DNA of 64,000 nucleotides. It comes from Octopus sinensis (lineage: Eukaryota). The notes beneath the pieces were generated by a model. That model ran no database searches and was not told where the DNA came from. It was given only the letters and a program-made list of their open reading frames with translations. A program made the position numbers and the translations under genes. Below, piece by piece: positions 1 to 59,835 of this stretch (its first letter is position 1; every line of letters begins with the position of its first letter). The DNA is taken from the NCBI RefSeq assembly GCF_006345805.1, contig NC_042998.1, positions 112,592,001 through 112,656,000 of the forward strand, read 5' to 3'.

Positions 1-965
1 TTGAGGGAGTAACAATATAGTCATTCGTCTCTCCAGATATAGCGCCCAAATCCCTCATAAATCTCACCTGTCGCCTTTTAAAATGAAGAACTCAGCAGAC
101 GCTTTAGTCCCACGTACTCATGAAAAACAAACGCGATGATCTTGGACGTAACATCGATTATCGGACTACTAAAACAGCTTTGGCCTCGGTGTAAACAAAA
201 AACAGCCTCAAATTGTAATGGGGGATACAATAGACAGCATTGTCTTTTAAAATGACTTGATTTTCATGACTTAAAAGTACCTTGAAGAAAGGAAGAACAC
301 ATTAGACAATGAGACGGGGTGCTCGGTACTCGAGTACAGTTGGTCATAGGTCGTTTCATCAGAGCTGATATGGTGGTTTGGATGGGTTTTGCTTCAATAT
401 CGAAAGAAAAAAAAAAACATCTAAATACTTCAAGCTAACGAAGGGAGCCCTCGATTTGCTATAAGTGGCAAGCAAAGATCCTTCAAATCATACTCAACCA
501 TCAAAAACAAGGATAAATTTGGACACCATAAATATTCGATATATTATGCCTGAAAACGAAAGACAAGGTAATCATAGTAGGAATCTTCAGCTCATTGATC
601 TGCTTGACCAGCGGTTTTGGTCCAGATATCAACACATACAACAATCATGACAACAACAGCAGCAGTAACAACAACAACAACAACAAAAGTTTTAGTTATT
701 TATCTATTTATTAAGTTATGTATTTATTTAGTGTATTTCTCTGTTCATATCCTGTTGCATATCATACTCTTATCACTATTGATATTTTGTGCGTGTGTGT
801 GTGAGTGTCGGTATTTTAGTGTAGGTACGTGTAAATCTTCGTGTGGAGGGGGGGGGAAATTTATCCATGTGCACGCATGTGTATGTGCATGAGTGTGTAT
901 ATGCATATGCTCTTGTATGGGCAGTTGAATTAATAAACATACATACGAGTGTATATGCGCGTGTA

Positions 966-1021
<56 letters not shown>

Positions 1022-2201
1022 GTTTATGTATGTCTGTATGAGCATGCTTGAGTGTATTCGACCGGGTACATTTATTTAAGAACAATGGCTTGTTTGTGTG
1101 TGTGTATGTCTGCGTGTGTATGTGTGTATATATATGATTATCCACGTGTTTATGTGCAGAAGTGGATGGTGATGATGATGAAGACGTCGATAGTCGCGAT
1201 CTCAGTGCTGTTGGTGAAGGTGCTGACGATGGTAATGGCGGTGGCGGTGATGGTGGTAGTGGTGGTGACGCTCCAAGTAGAGTTTGTTATTTTCTGTTTT
1301 CTTGTTGTTTTTTTTTTTCCACATCAGAATTTTTTTTTTTTTTTACTATAATGTTGTCAAGACAATTGTTTCTACACTGCCTTTCATAGGAAAAAACAAT
1401 CACACGTCTTCCGTTAAAAGTATGTTAATTAGAGATTGGCAATCGTTGGAGGGAAAGAAATTAATGAGATTCATGCATTTCCCAAAATAAAGGGAACCGA
1501 AATGATAATAACCGGAGATCGAATCAGAACCAATGAGAACGTTCTCCCTTCGATTTGTGATAATATCTACAGATTGATACTTGTCAGATTCATGATGATT
1601 ATCAACATTGTTACTACTAGTTATTAGTGTGTGTGTATATTATATATATATATTCTGCCTGCAGTTGGGAAGATGGAGGTATATATTATAAATTCACCAA
1701 GATCGAAATCAAAATGCGTCCCGATGCATATATCTATTGATGTAATAGTGAGAATAATGTACCATATTGGAAAATGGTGTTATTACAAATGTATAAAGTT
1801 CCAAATACATGCAAATAATTTATACACAGAAAATATATTATATGAATATACATATATACATACATACATGTGTGTGTGTGTGTGTGTTGGTGTGTGTGTG
1901 TGTGTGTGTGTGTGTGCATGCTTATGTTTCTATGTATGTATGTATGTATGTATGTATGTATGTATGTATGTATGTATGTATGCACGTATGTATTATAACG
2001 TCTTTTGTATTTTACGCGAAAAAACAATACCCTTGTTCTTTACATCTGTACAGGTATGTATGTACATGTATACATACGTGTGACTATATATATACATACA
2101 TATATGTATGTATGTATAATGGATAATAAAATGGATGGTTTGCACCTGGTAGCCATATATATATATATATCAAACATTTTTATCCTGGGTCTTTTACGAC
2201 A

Positions 2202-47367
<45,166 letters not shown>

Positions 47368-48109
47368 CTGTAAGCGAAAAACAACTCAGTTTATGAATAA
47401 TTGTGATAATGACGGACACATACGAATTATACGAAGACATTTTGCGAATGTAAAAGTGTGTGAGATCAAGAAGACAAATTAAACACATTAACAAATGGAT
47501 AACAATAAGCAGCAATAACAATATTGCACAATAAAATAATGAAAAGAAGGCAGTGAGCTGCCTGAAACGTTAGTACGCCGGGTGAAATGCTTAGCGGTAT
47601 TTCGTCTGCGTTACGTTGTGAGTTCAAATTCCGCCGAGGTCGACTTTGCCTTTCATCCTTTCGGGGTCGATAAATATAGTACCAGATACACACTGGGGTC
47701 GATGTAATCGACTTAATACCTATGTCTGTCCTTGTTTGTCCCCTCTGTGTTTAGCCCCTTGTAGGTAACAAAGAAATAGGTATTTCGTTCTGAGTTCAAA
47801 TTCCGCCAAGGTCGACTTTGCCTTTCATCCTTTCGGGGTCGATTAATTAAGTGCCAGTTGCGTACTGGGGTCGATCTAATCGACACCCCGCCTTCCCCAA
47901 AAGTTCGGGTCTTGTGTCTAAAGTAGAAAAGAATTAAAAAACACGAAAAAAAAACACATATTTAGTGGGATAATCATATGGTGTGATTCGAAGTACCTTT
48001 CATACAACCTCGAAGAGAATTACCTTCACTGAATTCTTGATCCTCATAGTTAGAGTAGGTTAATTTAGCCGACATAGTTTCACTACAGCACCTCTCTCTC
48101 TCCCTCTCG

Positions 48110-48176
<67 letters not shown>

Positions 48177-48184
48177 CTCACCTT

Positions 48185-48670
48185 TCTTTTTCATGTGGTA
48201 CTTGCAGAAATTAATTAGGAATTTACCCGAGAGAAAAGCTTTGACCACTACACGACTTCCTTCGAAATAATCACAAGTCAAAGAATGATTATCTACCATC
48301 ATTGCCAAAGGAATGCAGTAGGGTGATTTTTACGTTAAACTTGGTGATAGATCAATACCGCTGTTCTAAAAGCCTTGTGAGACAAGCTTTCAAGTCGGAA
48401 ATCCAGGAATATTATATAAATATATTCCAAACAGTTTCGATTCTTTGTGCGCATTTCGATCAATTTGCTGCAGCTGCAACACAGTAAAGGACTGTCGAAT
48501 TTATCTCGGACAGGCAAATCCTTATGCCTTGTAAAGGACTTTTGGCAATATCTTGAAATTACTAACATCAAAGTCCTCAAGAGACTACTCAGAGATACCT
48601 CGTTCAAGCCCAGGCAATTGTCAATCATATCACCGACTAACTCCTTAAAGAATGCCAGTATGCCTTTCCA
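48185..48670 (-). mobile_element. Old Tx1/L1-type LINE ORF2 C-terminal remnant
   Basis: KDLPVRDKF...CCSC and AFLSGKFLINFCKYHMKKK parallel the 12245-13534 element. Confidence 0.65.
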
Positions 48671-48691
48671 CCGACCAGATAATAATAACAA

Positions 48692-48752
<61 letters not shown>

Positions 48753-49240
48753 TTGTCTGTTAGCATGTACATTGTTTAGTCTTGGTATAAAAGATGGATT
48801 ACTGCAAATATTCTACTCAATACTTTGCTTGTCAGTTGAGCATGTCCCTTAGTTGTTGACGATATGTGCATCGCTGATCACGAGCAGAAGTAGTGGGGGA
48901 GCATCATAGCCATGTGTTAAGAGGGATTCTTTGAGGTTTGGATAATCCACCTTTGGAGACATGGATGTTTAGTTCAACATCCTTAAACAACCCTTATTCA
49001 GGAACCTTTGAGCGGGATGGGCTACTCGACCTGAAGAAAATTCTAACTGGGCCACACCTGCAAGGTCATGTGCTGTTTATCTTGATATGAGATCACCATG
49101 TTGCGCACATATGGTTGTGATGCATGTCCCTAGTGTACTCTTATCAGACGGGTAGTCATGGTGGGTATACTGGGCTTCGTATATTTTACCCCAGTGTCAA
49201 TTTGATGGCATGCATTGCACTCTCACTCAATAATAACAAT

Positions 49241-49690
49241 AAAACAGTGTTATTAGGGACAGCTAGGATACTTAGGATGGTTCTTGGCATCTAAGGTTAA
49301 TTGTTGTAGCCAGATGTTAGGATTTTTTGTTTTCCAACAGTCTAATATGTTGAGTGTGTATGAAAATAATAACAAGATAAACACAACCCTCTGAAGTACG
49401 AAATAGCCCGGCTATGGAAAATGAAGAAGGTGAAAATAGTACCAATTATTGTTGGATCCTTGGGAACAGTATCAGAAAGCATGAAGAAGAATATAAACGA
49501 AATGAGAATAGACTACCCAGTAGAACTATTACAAAAGGTTTGCCTCATTGGTACGGCCAGAATAATCTGGAAAGTATTAGATAGTTGAAAAGAACAGACA
49601 GTATGGTACCGTAAGCAGCAGTCAGCAAGCCCGCTACGCATGCAAGACTCCAGGAATTCCAATAAAATATGTGATGAAAAGAAATAATAA
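49241..49690 (+). mobile_element. Two R4/Dong-like LINE 3' fragments ending in (AAT)n
   Basis: VLLGTARILRMVLGI* and VKIVPIIVGSLG...LIGTARIIWKVLDS*. Confidence 0.7.
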
Positions 49691-49916
49691 TAATAATAAT
49701 TATCATTTCTATTATAGGCACAAGGCCTGAAATTTGGGGGAGGAGCTAGTCAAAGTCGATACCAGTGTTCAACTGGTACTTATTCTATCGACCTCGAAAG
49801 GATAAAAGGCAAAGTCGACCTCGGGCGGAATTTGAACTCAGAACGTAAATATGGACGAAATGCCGCTAAGCATTTTGCCAGGTATCTAATGATTTTGCTA
49901 GTCCTGCTTTGATGAT

Positions 49917-49949
<33 letters not shown>

Positions 49950-50249
49950 AAGAAGAAGAAGAAGAAGAAGAAGAAGAAGAAGAAGAAGAAGAAGAAGAAG
50001 AATTTCTATTTTAGGTACAAGGACTGAAATTTGGCGGGAGTGAACTAGTCGTTTACATCGAGCCCAGTACTCAACTGGTACTCATTTTATCGACCCCGAA
50101 AGGATGAAAAGCAAAGTCGACCTCGGGCGGAATTTGAACTCAGAACGTAATTCGGACGAAATACCGCTAAGCATGTTTTCCGGCGTACTAACGATTCTGC
50201 CAGCTCGCTGCCTTGAATAATAACAGTAATATTATTATTGTTGTTGCTG

Positions 50250-50289
<40 letters not shown>

Positions 50290-50301
<12 letters not shown>

Positions 50302-50815
50302 CATTATTATTGTATGAGCAAACCCCAGAAGGAGTCACCGAGCCACCGAGAATGAGAATGAGAATTCTGTGTGATGCAATGATTCAGTCCGACCACCCGT
50401 CCAGACATCAGAAACTGAACATTGTTGTGGTGAATGAAAAGGAAAGAACAAGCATGATTTTTGACATAGCATGTCCCTGTGACAACAAGATCAAAGAGAA
50501 AGAGGAATAACTGATCAATTATGACTATTTAAAGTGGGAAATATGAAGTTTGTGGTCAATGAGGAGAGTAGACGTGATACCAATAGCAATTGGCGCACTT
50601 GGAAGTACCAGCAGCCAACTACCAACTTGACTGAAAAAGACTGGTGCATGTATAAAGTTAGAACAACTACAAGAATCAGCAAGCATTCTCCGCAGAGTTC
50701 TTGAAGCATGACAAGTAAACAAGTGTCACCTTTGTCTGCTGGCTGTGGACAGCTGACATTTCCGATCGTACCCAGCAAAATAAACACTCAGTTTTCATCA
50801 CACAATAATAATATT
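50290..50815 (+). mobile_element. R4/Dong-like LINE RLE fragment after (ATT)n
   Basis: ILCDAMIQSDH...NIVVVNEKE..MIFDIACPCD...VIPIAIGALG...ILRRVLEA*. Confidence 0.75.
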
Positions 50816-51670
50816 TTTTCTTCTATTTTTCTATCACTTGACGTTGTGGGTAAACAATCTGGTCTGTTTATTTTAATGGCCCACTAAGGTATAAAATGAA
50901 TTTCTTCGCTCTAGGTGTCGGGAAGACACTCAGCAAGAAATGGAGACACAATTGAAAGAAAAATGAAATGATGATGATGATGATGATGATGATGACGACT
51001 GCTACAGACAGTTCACCGATTCTCTGACGAAACTGATATGATATAGATTTGGATAAGAAAAATGCGCCAAGGCAACCTTGAAAAGAGAGAAAGAACATTG
51101 ATATCAGGTTAAATTACTGGAGCAAAGATAAGAGAATTAGACGAAATAAAGAAACACAAATACTTGAAATTTAGCTAAACAGATCAGAACACACACAAAA
51201 GAAAAGTTTACGAATAAATGTGATAGATGCATTAAATTAATGCTTAAAACAGAACTAAGTTTGGCAATAGATTTAATAGCCTAGCCATGCTTGTAATAAT
51301 AACAGTTGTAATGATACCAACTGGATATAAATGATTTAGTAGCACTATAAAGAAATGTAAGGGTAATATTAACTGCATTTAGAATAAACTAAAAAATCTG
51401 ACAGTACAAATACATGAACATTAAGAACTTATGCAATTAAGAAAGACAAGAACAACTACTACTCCTACTTCTATTACAACAACTACTACTACTTCTTCTA
51501 CAACAACAATAATAATAATCTTTTCTATTATAGCCCACTCCAGGAAAGGTCTAGGAGAATGCATCAGATAATTGCAATCAAGAACACTCGGAAAGGTAAT
51601 GTCTCTTAATCGAAATTTTCAGAAATTGCATGTGATTTTAATATCGGAATTAAAACGGGAGTTTATGACC

Positions 51671-51754
<84 letters not shown>

Positions 51755-51914
51755 CCCCGTCAACTGGAAGCACAAGGCCTCAAATATGGAGGAAGGAGTT
51801 AAGTCAATTACATCGACCCCAGTGCGTAACTGGTACTAATTTAATCGACCTCGGAAAGATAAAAGGCAAAATTTGAACTCAGAACGTAGTAGCAGACGAA
51901 ATACCACAGATAGA

Positions 51915-52320
51915 TAAATTAAAACTAATATGCCGGACATAGTTGTCAGAGATCAAGAAAAAAAATATGCTTTCTAACTGATGTGTCATTACCAACAGAT
52001 GACAATGTTTCTCTAAAAGAAATGGAGAAACCTTCAAAATACAAAGACATGGAAATAGAAGTAATTCGAATCTCTATCATAGAAGGTGCATTAAGTATGA
52101 TAAAAGAATATTCAGACAAATACATAACAAAAACACCAGAACTAGCAAGTACATATAACCTACAGAAAACAGCACTACTAGACACCGTACACAGCCTGCG
52201 TTAAACACTTTCAATACAGTAAAAATAAGAGCATCACAACAAACCACAGCACATGCTTGAGGCACACAGAGCTCCACTCGGCAGTGCAGCGAAAGCACGT
52301 GATAAAAAAAGACTACTGAA
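51915..52320 (+). mobile_element. R4/Dong-like LINE 3' end with (AAT)n tail
   Basis: homolog of 55501-56178. Confidence 0.8.
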
Positions 52321-52333
52321 TAATAATAATAAC

Positions 52334-52388
<55 letters not shown>

Positions 52389-52421
52389 TAATAATAATAA
52401 TAATGATAATAATAATAATAA

Positions 52422-52476
<55 letters not shown>

Positions 52477-53039
52477 GTTTCAAATTTTGCCACAAGGGTA
52501 GCCATTAAATAAGTCGATTACATTGACCCCCTAGTGTTTCAGTGGTACTTAATTTATCGACCCCGAAAGGATGAAAGGCAAAGTCGACTTCGGCACACCT
52601 TCTACAGTCGCTACTCAATATATTCATAAATAATTGATAACTGACACTATAAGAGCAACAACTGAAAAACAATGCTCATTTCTTTACAACTGCGATCCAA
52701 TAATAATAGAGAAGCCATACAGTACATACTCTGCACAATCACTACAATACATTACACAACATATACGAAACTCAATAACCACCCAACAAAATAACTTTTC
52801 TACTCTAGGCACAAGACCTGAAATTTCGGGGGAAGGAGCAAGTCGATGACATTGACCCCAATACTCAACTGGTAATTGATTTATCGACCCCGAAAGGATA
52901 AAAGGCGAAGTCGACCATGGCGGAATTTGAACTCAGAACGTAGTGGTAGACGAAATACCGCTAACGTTTCTGCCAGCTCGCCGCCTTACCACCCAACAAA
53001 ATAGCACGACTCACAATACATAGATTATACCATATAACT

Positions 53040-53375
53040 GACACTGGCACTCCGTTGGTTACGACGACGAGGGTTCCAGTTGATTTGATCAACGGAGCAA
53101 TCTGCTCGTGAAATTAATGTGCAAGTGGTTGAGCACTCCACAGACACGTATAATCTTAAGTTAGTTCTCAGGGAGATTCAGCGTGACAGAGTGTGACAAG
53201 GCTGACACTTTAAAATACAGGTACTACTCGTTTTTGCCAGCTGACTGGACTGGAGCAATGTGAAATATAGTGTCTTGCTCAAGAACACAACGCGTCGCCA
53301 GATTTGAACTCATGACCTTACGATCGTAAGCTGAATACCCTAAACATTGAGCCACACGCTTTCACTGCACAGATT
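53040..53375 (-). mobile_element. tRNA-headed SINE (related copies 54187-54560 on +, 63005-63310 on -)
   Basis: shared body GTGTCACGCTGAATCTCCCTGAGAACTA...GCACGTTAATTTCACGAGCAG. Confidence 0.75.
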
Positions 53376-55315
53376 ATACACAACAAATAACTGAACCCTA
53401 AAATGACACCAGAATTGGCAAAACCACTCATACAATGAATAAAGCTGATGTAGCATCTACACATAGCTCAACATTTCTGAAAGAAAATGATGCACACACC
53501 TCATCAACATGGCATTAAATAAGGGCTCGTAGAAACTAGTATATAAATTGTTGAAAACATGAAGATTAAATTGCTTTCCATGAGTTACAAAACATATATA
53601 AGTTATAATAAAGTCTACTGACAACAAAGATAGGCACATCTACAAAATCTATAATTAAACAACCGCCTGAATGACACGTTAAACATACCTATTAACAATA
53701 TGGAATTTTCTTAACTATGCGTTGAGAAAACAATCCTCAACCTTCTTTTATTCCACAATGTTAAGTCGTTATTCAACCTGCGAGTTTCAGAAAGTTGTAG
53801 TCAACCGTCAAATTGCATTGTAACACTTAGATGTACTAACTCTGAACTTATTTCCTTTTATCATAATAATTGACTTTATTATTCTCAGCATTTTATCACT
53901 CAAATTTACACCCACGGTACAGTCTACCACTTTACCTGTTTTGTAACGATTTTATCTTTCATAAATTTAAATTTCACTACCAAAGCTTACATCTGATTTA
54001 GCTGCTCGTACGTCTCTGTATCATAATAATCACATCAGTTATTTTTTAAGTGATAATCCTATACAGTAGGATGGACATCCCTCCACGGAGGGAATCAAGG
54101 ACAAGTCATCTCAATATGTCCAACATTTCTTTAAACAATTTTAGAACATGAGTGTGAACTCCAGATATAAACTATAGCAACATAGTGGAGGCGCAATGGC
54201 CCAGTGGTTAGGGAAGCGGACTCGCGGTTGTAGGATCGTGGTTTCGATTCCCAGACCGAGCATTATGAGTGTTTATTGAGCGAAAACACGTAAATATCCA
54301 CGAAGGAGGGAGTGGTAGCGAACCCTGCTGTACTCTTACCACAACTTACTCTCACCCTTTCTTCCTGTTTCTGTTGTAGCTATATTTCATAGGGCCAACC
54401 TTGTCATACTCAGTGTCACGCTGAATATCCCCGAGAACTACATTAAGGGTACAAGTGTCAGTGGAATGCTCAACCACTTGCACGTTAATTTCACGAGCAG
54501 GGTGTTCTGTTGATCGGATCAACTGGAACCCTCGTCGTCGCAACCGACGGAGTACCACACATAGCAACATATCACCTCTTGTTGTTTTTCACTCACTAAC
54601 ATCATCTGCGACAAAAAATTATTAATTTATAAAGAAGCTTATCCCGAAGTTTCAGTAGTTAGCTCCCAGTTTTTACACATCACACATCAGTAGCTTAACA
54701 CGATCTCATGTATGTAATTCTAAATAAAGCCGACACTTCATTATCTCTAAACCATCGTGTCACGCTGTTATATGTAGCCTTACAAAAATTATTACTATTT
54801 ATGTCAAAATCAAACTGTTTTTAGAAACAGAATAATGTTGTTTCAACAAATATTGAATAATAGTAATAGTAAGTAATTCTAAATTGCAACGTTGGTGCAA
54901 TGCCAGAATTAGGAAGGAGGACATAGTCAATTAAATCTATTTCAGTACTTGACTTTTACGGCCCAGGTGGGATTAAAGAAAGTTGACCTTGGTGGGTTTA
55001 AACTCAGAATGAAAAAGATCTTAACTAAATATTTGTCTGGGAAAGACGAAAGACAAAGTCGACATTATCGGCATTTGAACACAGAATGTTAAGAAAATCT
55101 TAATCAATACAAGCCTTGTTATCACTTGATACAAAGGACAAGAATAGGTTACCAGCTATCACATCAGGTAAACATGTAAGGTACCAAGTTTCCGGTCCTG
55201 ACACATTAAAATCTATTGGTGATTCCTAATTGATAAATACTGTAAATACGTGTGAAACCTAAATCTACGACCAAAACTACCTATATAATCAGGCTTTATT
55301 TGCATTCAGTTCTAT

Positions 55316-55444
55316 ATTTACATTTGACGGATATTTGTCATCTTATTCGTTGTTAACACGTTTCGGCTGATATACCCTCCAGCCTTTATCAGGTGTCTTC
55401 GGGAAATTTCGAACCTGGGTCCTCATTCTTAAGATATTTTTCGA

Positions 55445-55505
<61 letters not shown>

Positions 55506-56180
55506 TAGTTTTATTTTTATAGCGTGCTTTCACTTCACTACCGAGCGCAGCTCTGTGTGCCTTGGGTATGTGCTGTGATTTGTTGTGAGGCTCTGATGGT
55601 TATTGTATGGAAAGTGTTCTGCGTAGGATGTGTGCAGTGCCTAGTAGTGCAATTTTCTGTATGTTATATGTGTTTGTAAGTCCTGGTGTTTTTGTTATGT
55701 ATTTGTCTGAATATTTTTTTATCATGCCTAATGCACCTACTATGATAGGAATTGTTTCTGTTTTCAGATTCCACATTCTAGTTACCTCTATTTCCAGGTC
55801 TTTGTATTTTGAGAGTTTCTCCATTTCTTTTAGAGAAACGTTGTCATCTGCCGGTATTGATACATCAATTAGAAAGCATTTTTTTTCTTCATGATCTCTG
55901 ACAGCTATATCTGGTCTGTTGGCCTTAATTTCTCTATCTGTGTGTATCAGCATATCCCAGAGTATGGTTGCTTTCTCGTTTTCTGTGACCTTTTCTGGTG
56001 TGTGCCTATACCATCTTTTTTCTGTTGTTATTCCATAATGTTGGCATAGCTTCCAATGTATGTAGGTTCCAACTCTGTCATGTCTGTGAATATATTCCTT
56101 CTTAGCCAGGACTGGGTAGCTAGAGATAATATGATTTATTGTTTCTTGTCCATCTCCACATATTCTGCAGTTACTTGTAA

Positions 56181-56236
<56 letters not shown>

Positions 56237-56374
56237 ACACTGCCTGGAATCGAACTCGGAATCTTGGGGTTAGTAGCCCACGCTCTTAATCACTACGCCA
56301 CGGGCATATGGTGTAGTGGTTAAGAGCGCGGGCTACTAACCCCAAGATTCCGAGTTCGATTCCAGACAGTGTCC

Positions 56375-56447
<73 letters not shown>

Positions 56448-56500
56448 GTTGTGGTAACAACAAACAAGATGAGGACAAATATCCGTCAAATGTAAATCAT
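55316..56500. mobile_element. Head-to-head dimer of a tRNA-headed, (AAT)n-containing, hammerhead-tailed short element
   Basis: inverted tRNA-like heads 56234-56300 / 56309-56375; matching tails 55316-55362 and 56446-56497; hammerhead-like motif at 55355-55397. Confidence 0.7.
55501..56178 (-). mobile_element. R4/Dong-like LINE 3' part inserted in (TAA)n
   Basis: ORF 55600-55953 ANRPDIAVRD...LIDVSIP...IPIIVGALG...LLGTAHILRRTLSIQ*; ATT arrays on both sides. Confidence 0.88.
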
Positions 56501-56729
56501 GTAAATAATGTTTATTTGCATTCCTCTGCATGTATTAGAATGCTAGATATTAAAAAATGGGGACATGACCACACACGTCAACATTTGTATTTACTATAAT
56601 ACGATTCTTTAAATATAATAAACTATTAACCAGAATGGTTCAAAATCAGAAACTTGAATTTCATGAAAAAATAGTTACATTTGAAAAAACTAGAACACAA
56701 GTTTAACACCCTACTAAATATATTGCTCA

Positions 56730-57035
56730 GCACACAGACATCCTGAACCGCATCCAGAGAAGGGCCACTCGACTAAATTGCATTTAATTACTAAGGGACA
56801 CACTCCAGCCTCTGGCTCACTGGTGTGCTGTCTCCTCTCGTTATCTTTTTTTTTATCATTACTACATTGACCTCAGTTCTTCGGAGCTGGATGGCGCCAT
56901 ACCCCCACCATTCAAGCACCTTCGACCCATCCGTCTCTCCACTTGTTACATCCATCTACCCCCGGCCCCGCACTAACCACTGCGTTCTGTCCCTACTTTA
57001 GAATATCGGCTCTTTGAAATTTTCTCCTTGTTCAT
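56730..57035 (+). mobile_element. L2/Crack-type LINE 3' fragment
   Basis: DILNRIQRRATRL...LQPLAH...VSSL...PRTNH. Confidence 0.6.
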
Positions 57036-57039
57036 ATCG

Positions 57040-58010
57040 GACCATATACAAAGTTTGATTCTTGGAATCAGTACTCTCGTATGAGAATGAGATCCACTTA
57101 CAATTGACGCTTCGATGCCATGCCCGTGGAGCTAGAGTACTTCTAAGCGAGTTCCGTTGCATAGACCTTGTGTTATAGAAGGGTTTCTAAGAAGCATAAT
57201 AATTGCTCCAACTTTTAAGTTAAGGCGATGGGGAGGCGTTCCAGAAAGTGTAAGTTCGTTTATAAACTCCATGAGATAATTCTGAGTTTCTTCTTTATTA
57301 TCAGAAGTTACTACGTTGGTGCTTAGATACGTCTTAGTTTCAGTGGGCAATCTACTTAGAATTTCTTCATTTACTACTAAGCAGTCCGAATTTTTAGGGG
57401 ATAAGATCACTCTAGTTTCCATTTCTTCTGTTGTACAATTTCCAAATATATCAGATACCAAAGAATTGTTACATATGGGTGCCTCAGGAACATCAATAGT
57501 ATCTTCTGCAAGATTATCTAGAGAGCTTTGAAGAAATCCACTTCCAAGTTGTAGTAGCCACCTCAAAAAATCTTGTTCATTTGCATTTGTTCTCATGTTT
57601 TGCGTAAGTTGCATTTGATGAAAATTATCCCACATAGAGGAGCATTTGAGGCAGGCACCAAGTACAGCTGCAGGAGGAGCTCTGGGAACTGGAATAACTT
57701 GTCTAAAATCTCCTCCTAGTACGATAATTTTCCCACCAAATATACTATTACTATTCATAATATCTCTTAAACCATTATCTATAGCTTTCAAAGCATAAAC
57801 TGGTATCATAGAAGCTTCGTCAACAATGAAGTCTTTTACTCGCCTAAGAATGTTTCCTTAGTCACAATTTGGTAGAATATTGCACACACAAGTTTCACTC
57901 AAAGGAACTGGAAGCTTGAATATACGGTAAAGAGTTTTACCACCTTTGAAGAGTATTGCAGCAATGCCAGTCCAGAAGCCAAGGGAAATAACTCGAATTT
58001 AATCCTGGCT
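57040..58010 (-). mobile_element. Helitron PIF1-like helicase fragment
   Basis: TGIAAILFKGGKT...DEASM...FGGKIIVLGGDFRQVIP...QLTQNMR...PPHRLNLKVGAIIMLLRN...GLCNGTRL; stops and frameshifts. Confidence 0.92.
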
Positions 58011-59707
58011 TATTTCCCTTAGCGTGACAAACACCGATGGTACAAGCGTATTAATATATAGATTCTCCACCACTGTATAACTGTATTTTATATAACAGCA
58101 TCTGTCACAGTGATGTATGTTATATCCTCTCTCATTACCTGATATATGTGAGAGAGGATACATAATATCCTCTCTCTCACAGCCTAATATACTATATCTT
58201 CTATCACTGTTTATTTTATATCATCCTCTTTAACAGTCTATTATAAAAAGGAGGAAGACATTGAATAATATAGTCTTAGATACGCAATGACTCTGAAGAG
58301 TAAATAGTCATGGCTCGAATGCTATGACCAATTTTGTTCTATGCACTAGCATACCTAGGGGCGACACTTTTAAATGGATACCACTTTTGTGGGTCTGCTG
58401 TAAGCAATATGTGTTTTTTTGTGGGATCCGGGGGTGGCAAACGGAAGGGCCACCCGAGTGGCACACACACTAGCTACGCTAGTTCTACGTTCAAATACCG
58501 CCGAGGTCGACTTTGCTTTTAATCTTTTTGGAGTCGATAATACATTCCCACTTAAATACTGAGGTCGATGAAATCGAGTCACATACTCCCTAAAACTGCA
58601 GGCCTTGCACCAGAATTAGAAAAGATTATTTTTCATTATTGTCCAGACATTTCATACTTCAAAAATTTGGCGATAATTGACAATATATTATTAATTGTCA
58701 ACGAGCATATTATTAGTAACTTGTCAGCGAGTATATTATTTAGTAACTGTCAACAAGACAGCATCTACGTAGTCGCTGAACCTGCTAGATGTAGCAATTA
58801 GATCTACTTTAAAACACTTCATGCTGCCTGCAGAAAAGAAGCCTCACATCGATTAATGTAGTTATATATTAAATATTTAAAACCTGGATTGCCAAGGCTA
58901 GGACATTTTTGATCATGTCTGCTTGATCAAGTCTAATCCATGGTTAAACAACACAGCAGCAGCAACAACATTTAACAAATTTCTAAAATAATTTCGATTA
59001 GGTTTTGTTTTCGTGGGAAATTCTACTGAAATACTGAGGTCAATATCTCTGATGAAAAAATATATTAGTGTCAATGTCACGTCTTTCAACTATCCAGTTA
59101 TCTAAAAAAAATTTAATCTAAAATAAAAAAAAATAGACGGTCTAAAGAAAAAATATCAATAACCTTTATGTATGAAACTAGCATGACATAATGGTGGTGG
59201 TGTAATAGGAGGTAGTGGGAGAGAATTTGCAATACGTGTATTCTAAAAAGCAAGTGCATTTGTTCTCACAATGGTGACATCATCTGAATACTTGCAACAG
59301 AATGAGTTCAGCGAAAAAATATTCCTCAAGGCTAAAGTTTGGTGTCAAACAGATTGACGGTTTCAACCTATCACCACTGAACAAATACAGCTCATTTGAC
59401 GGGCTTTTGTACAGTACTTACCTAATTTTCACAAGAATTGGAGCACCTCAAGGGCATTGAACCAGGAACTACGTGATTGTGAAGCGAACTACTTATATAC
59501 ACACACAGTCATGCTTGCGTTAAGGGACTTGGCGAAGACGGCGCAATGCCGACCCTTTGCTAAGTTTATCATATATTCCATTAACTCTTCTCAAGCGTAG
59601 ACATGAAAAGCCGATTCTACTTAAAATTAACATTGATAAAGAAATAAAAGTTGTATTCAGTATTTAGTGAATATGGTTGTTTCAGTGACTTGGTAGCAAT
59701 CAACAAG

Positions 59708-59741
<34 letters not shown>

Positions 59742-59787
59742 TGTATGTATGTATGTATGTATGCATGTATGTATGTATGTATGTATG

Positions 59788-59835
<48 letters not shown>

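Noticed and set aside
1153-1290. Acidic/Gly-rich plus-strand ORF (DGDDDEDVDS…GGGGDGG) with an upstream AG
   Set aside because: Degenerate GAT/GGT triplet repeat; no partner exons or recognisable motif
54597-54605. 9-nt micro-exon-like site (tttgtcgcag|ATGATGTTA|gtgagt)
   Set aside because: Gives TGA in the phase required by exon 47367
56304-56375. tRNA genes (here, 23020 and 54187)
   Set aside because: A/B boxes are present but the acceptor stems do not close, and the heads run into repeat bodies; these are SINE heads
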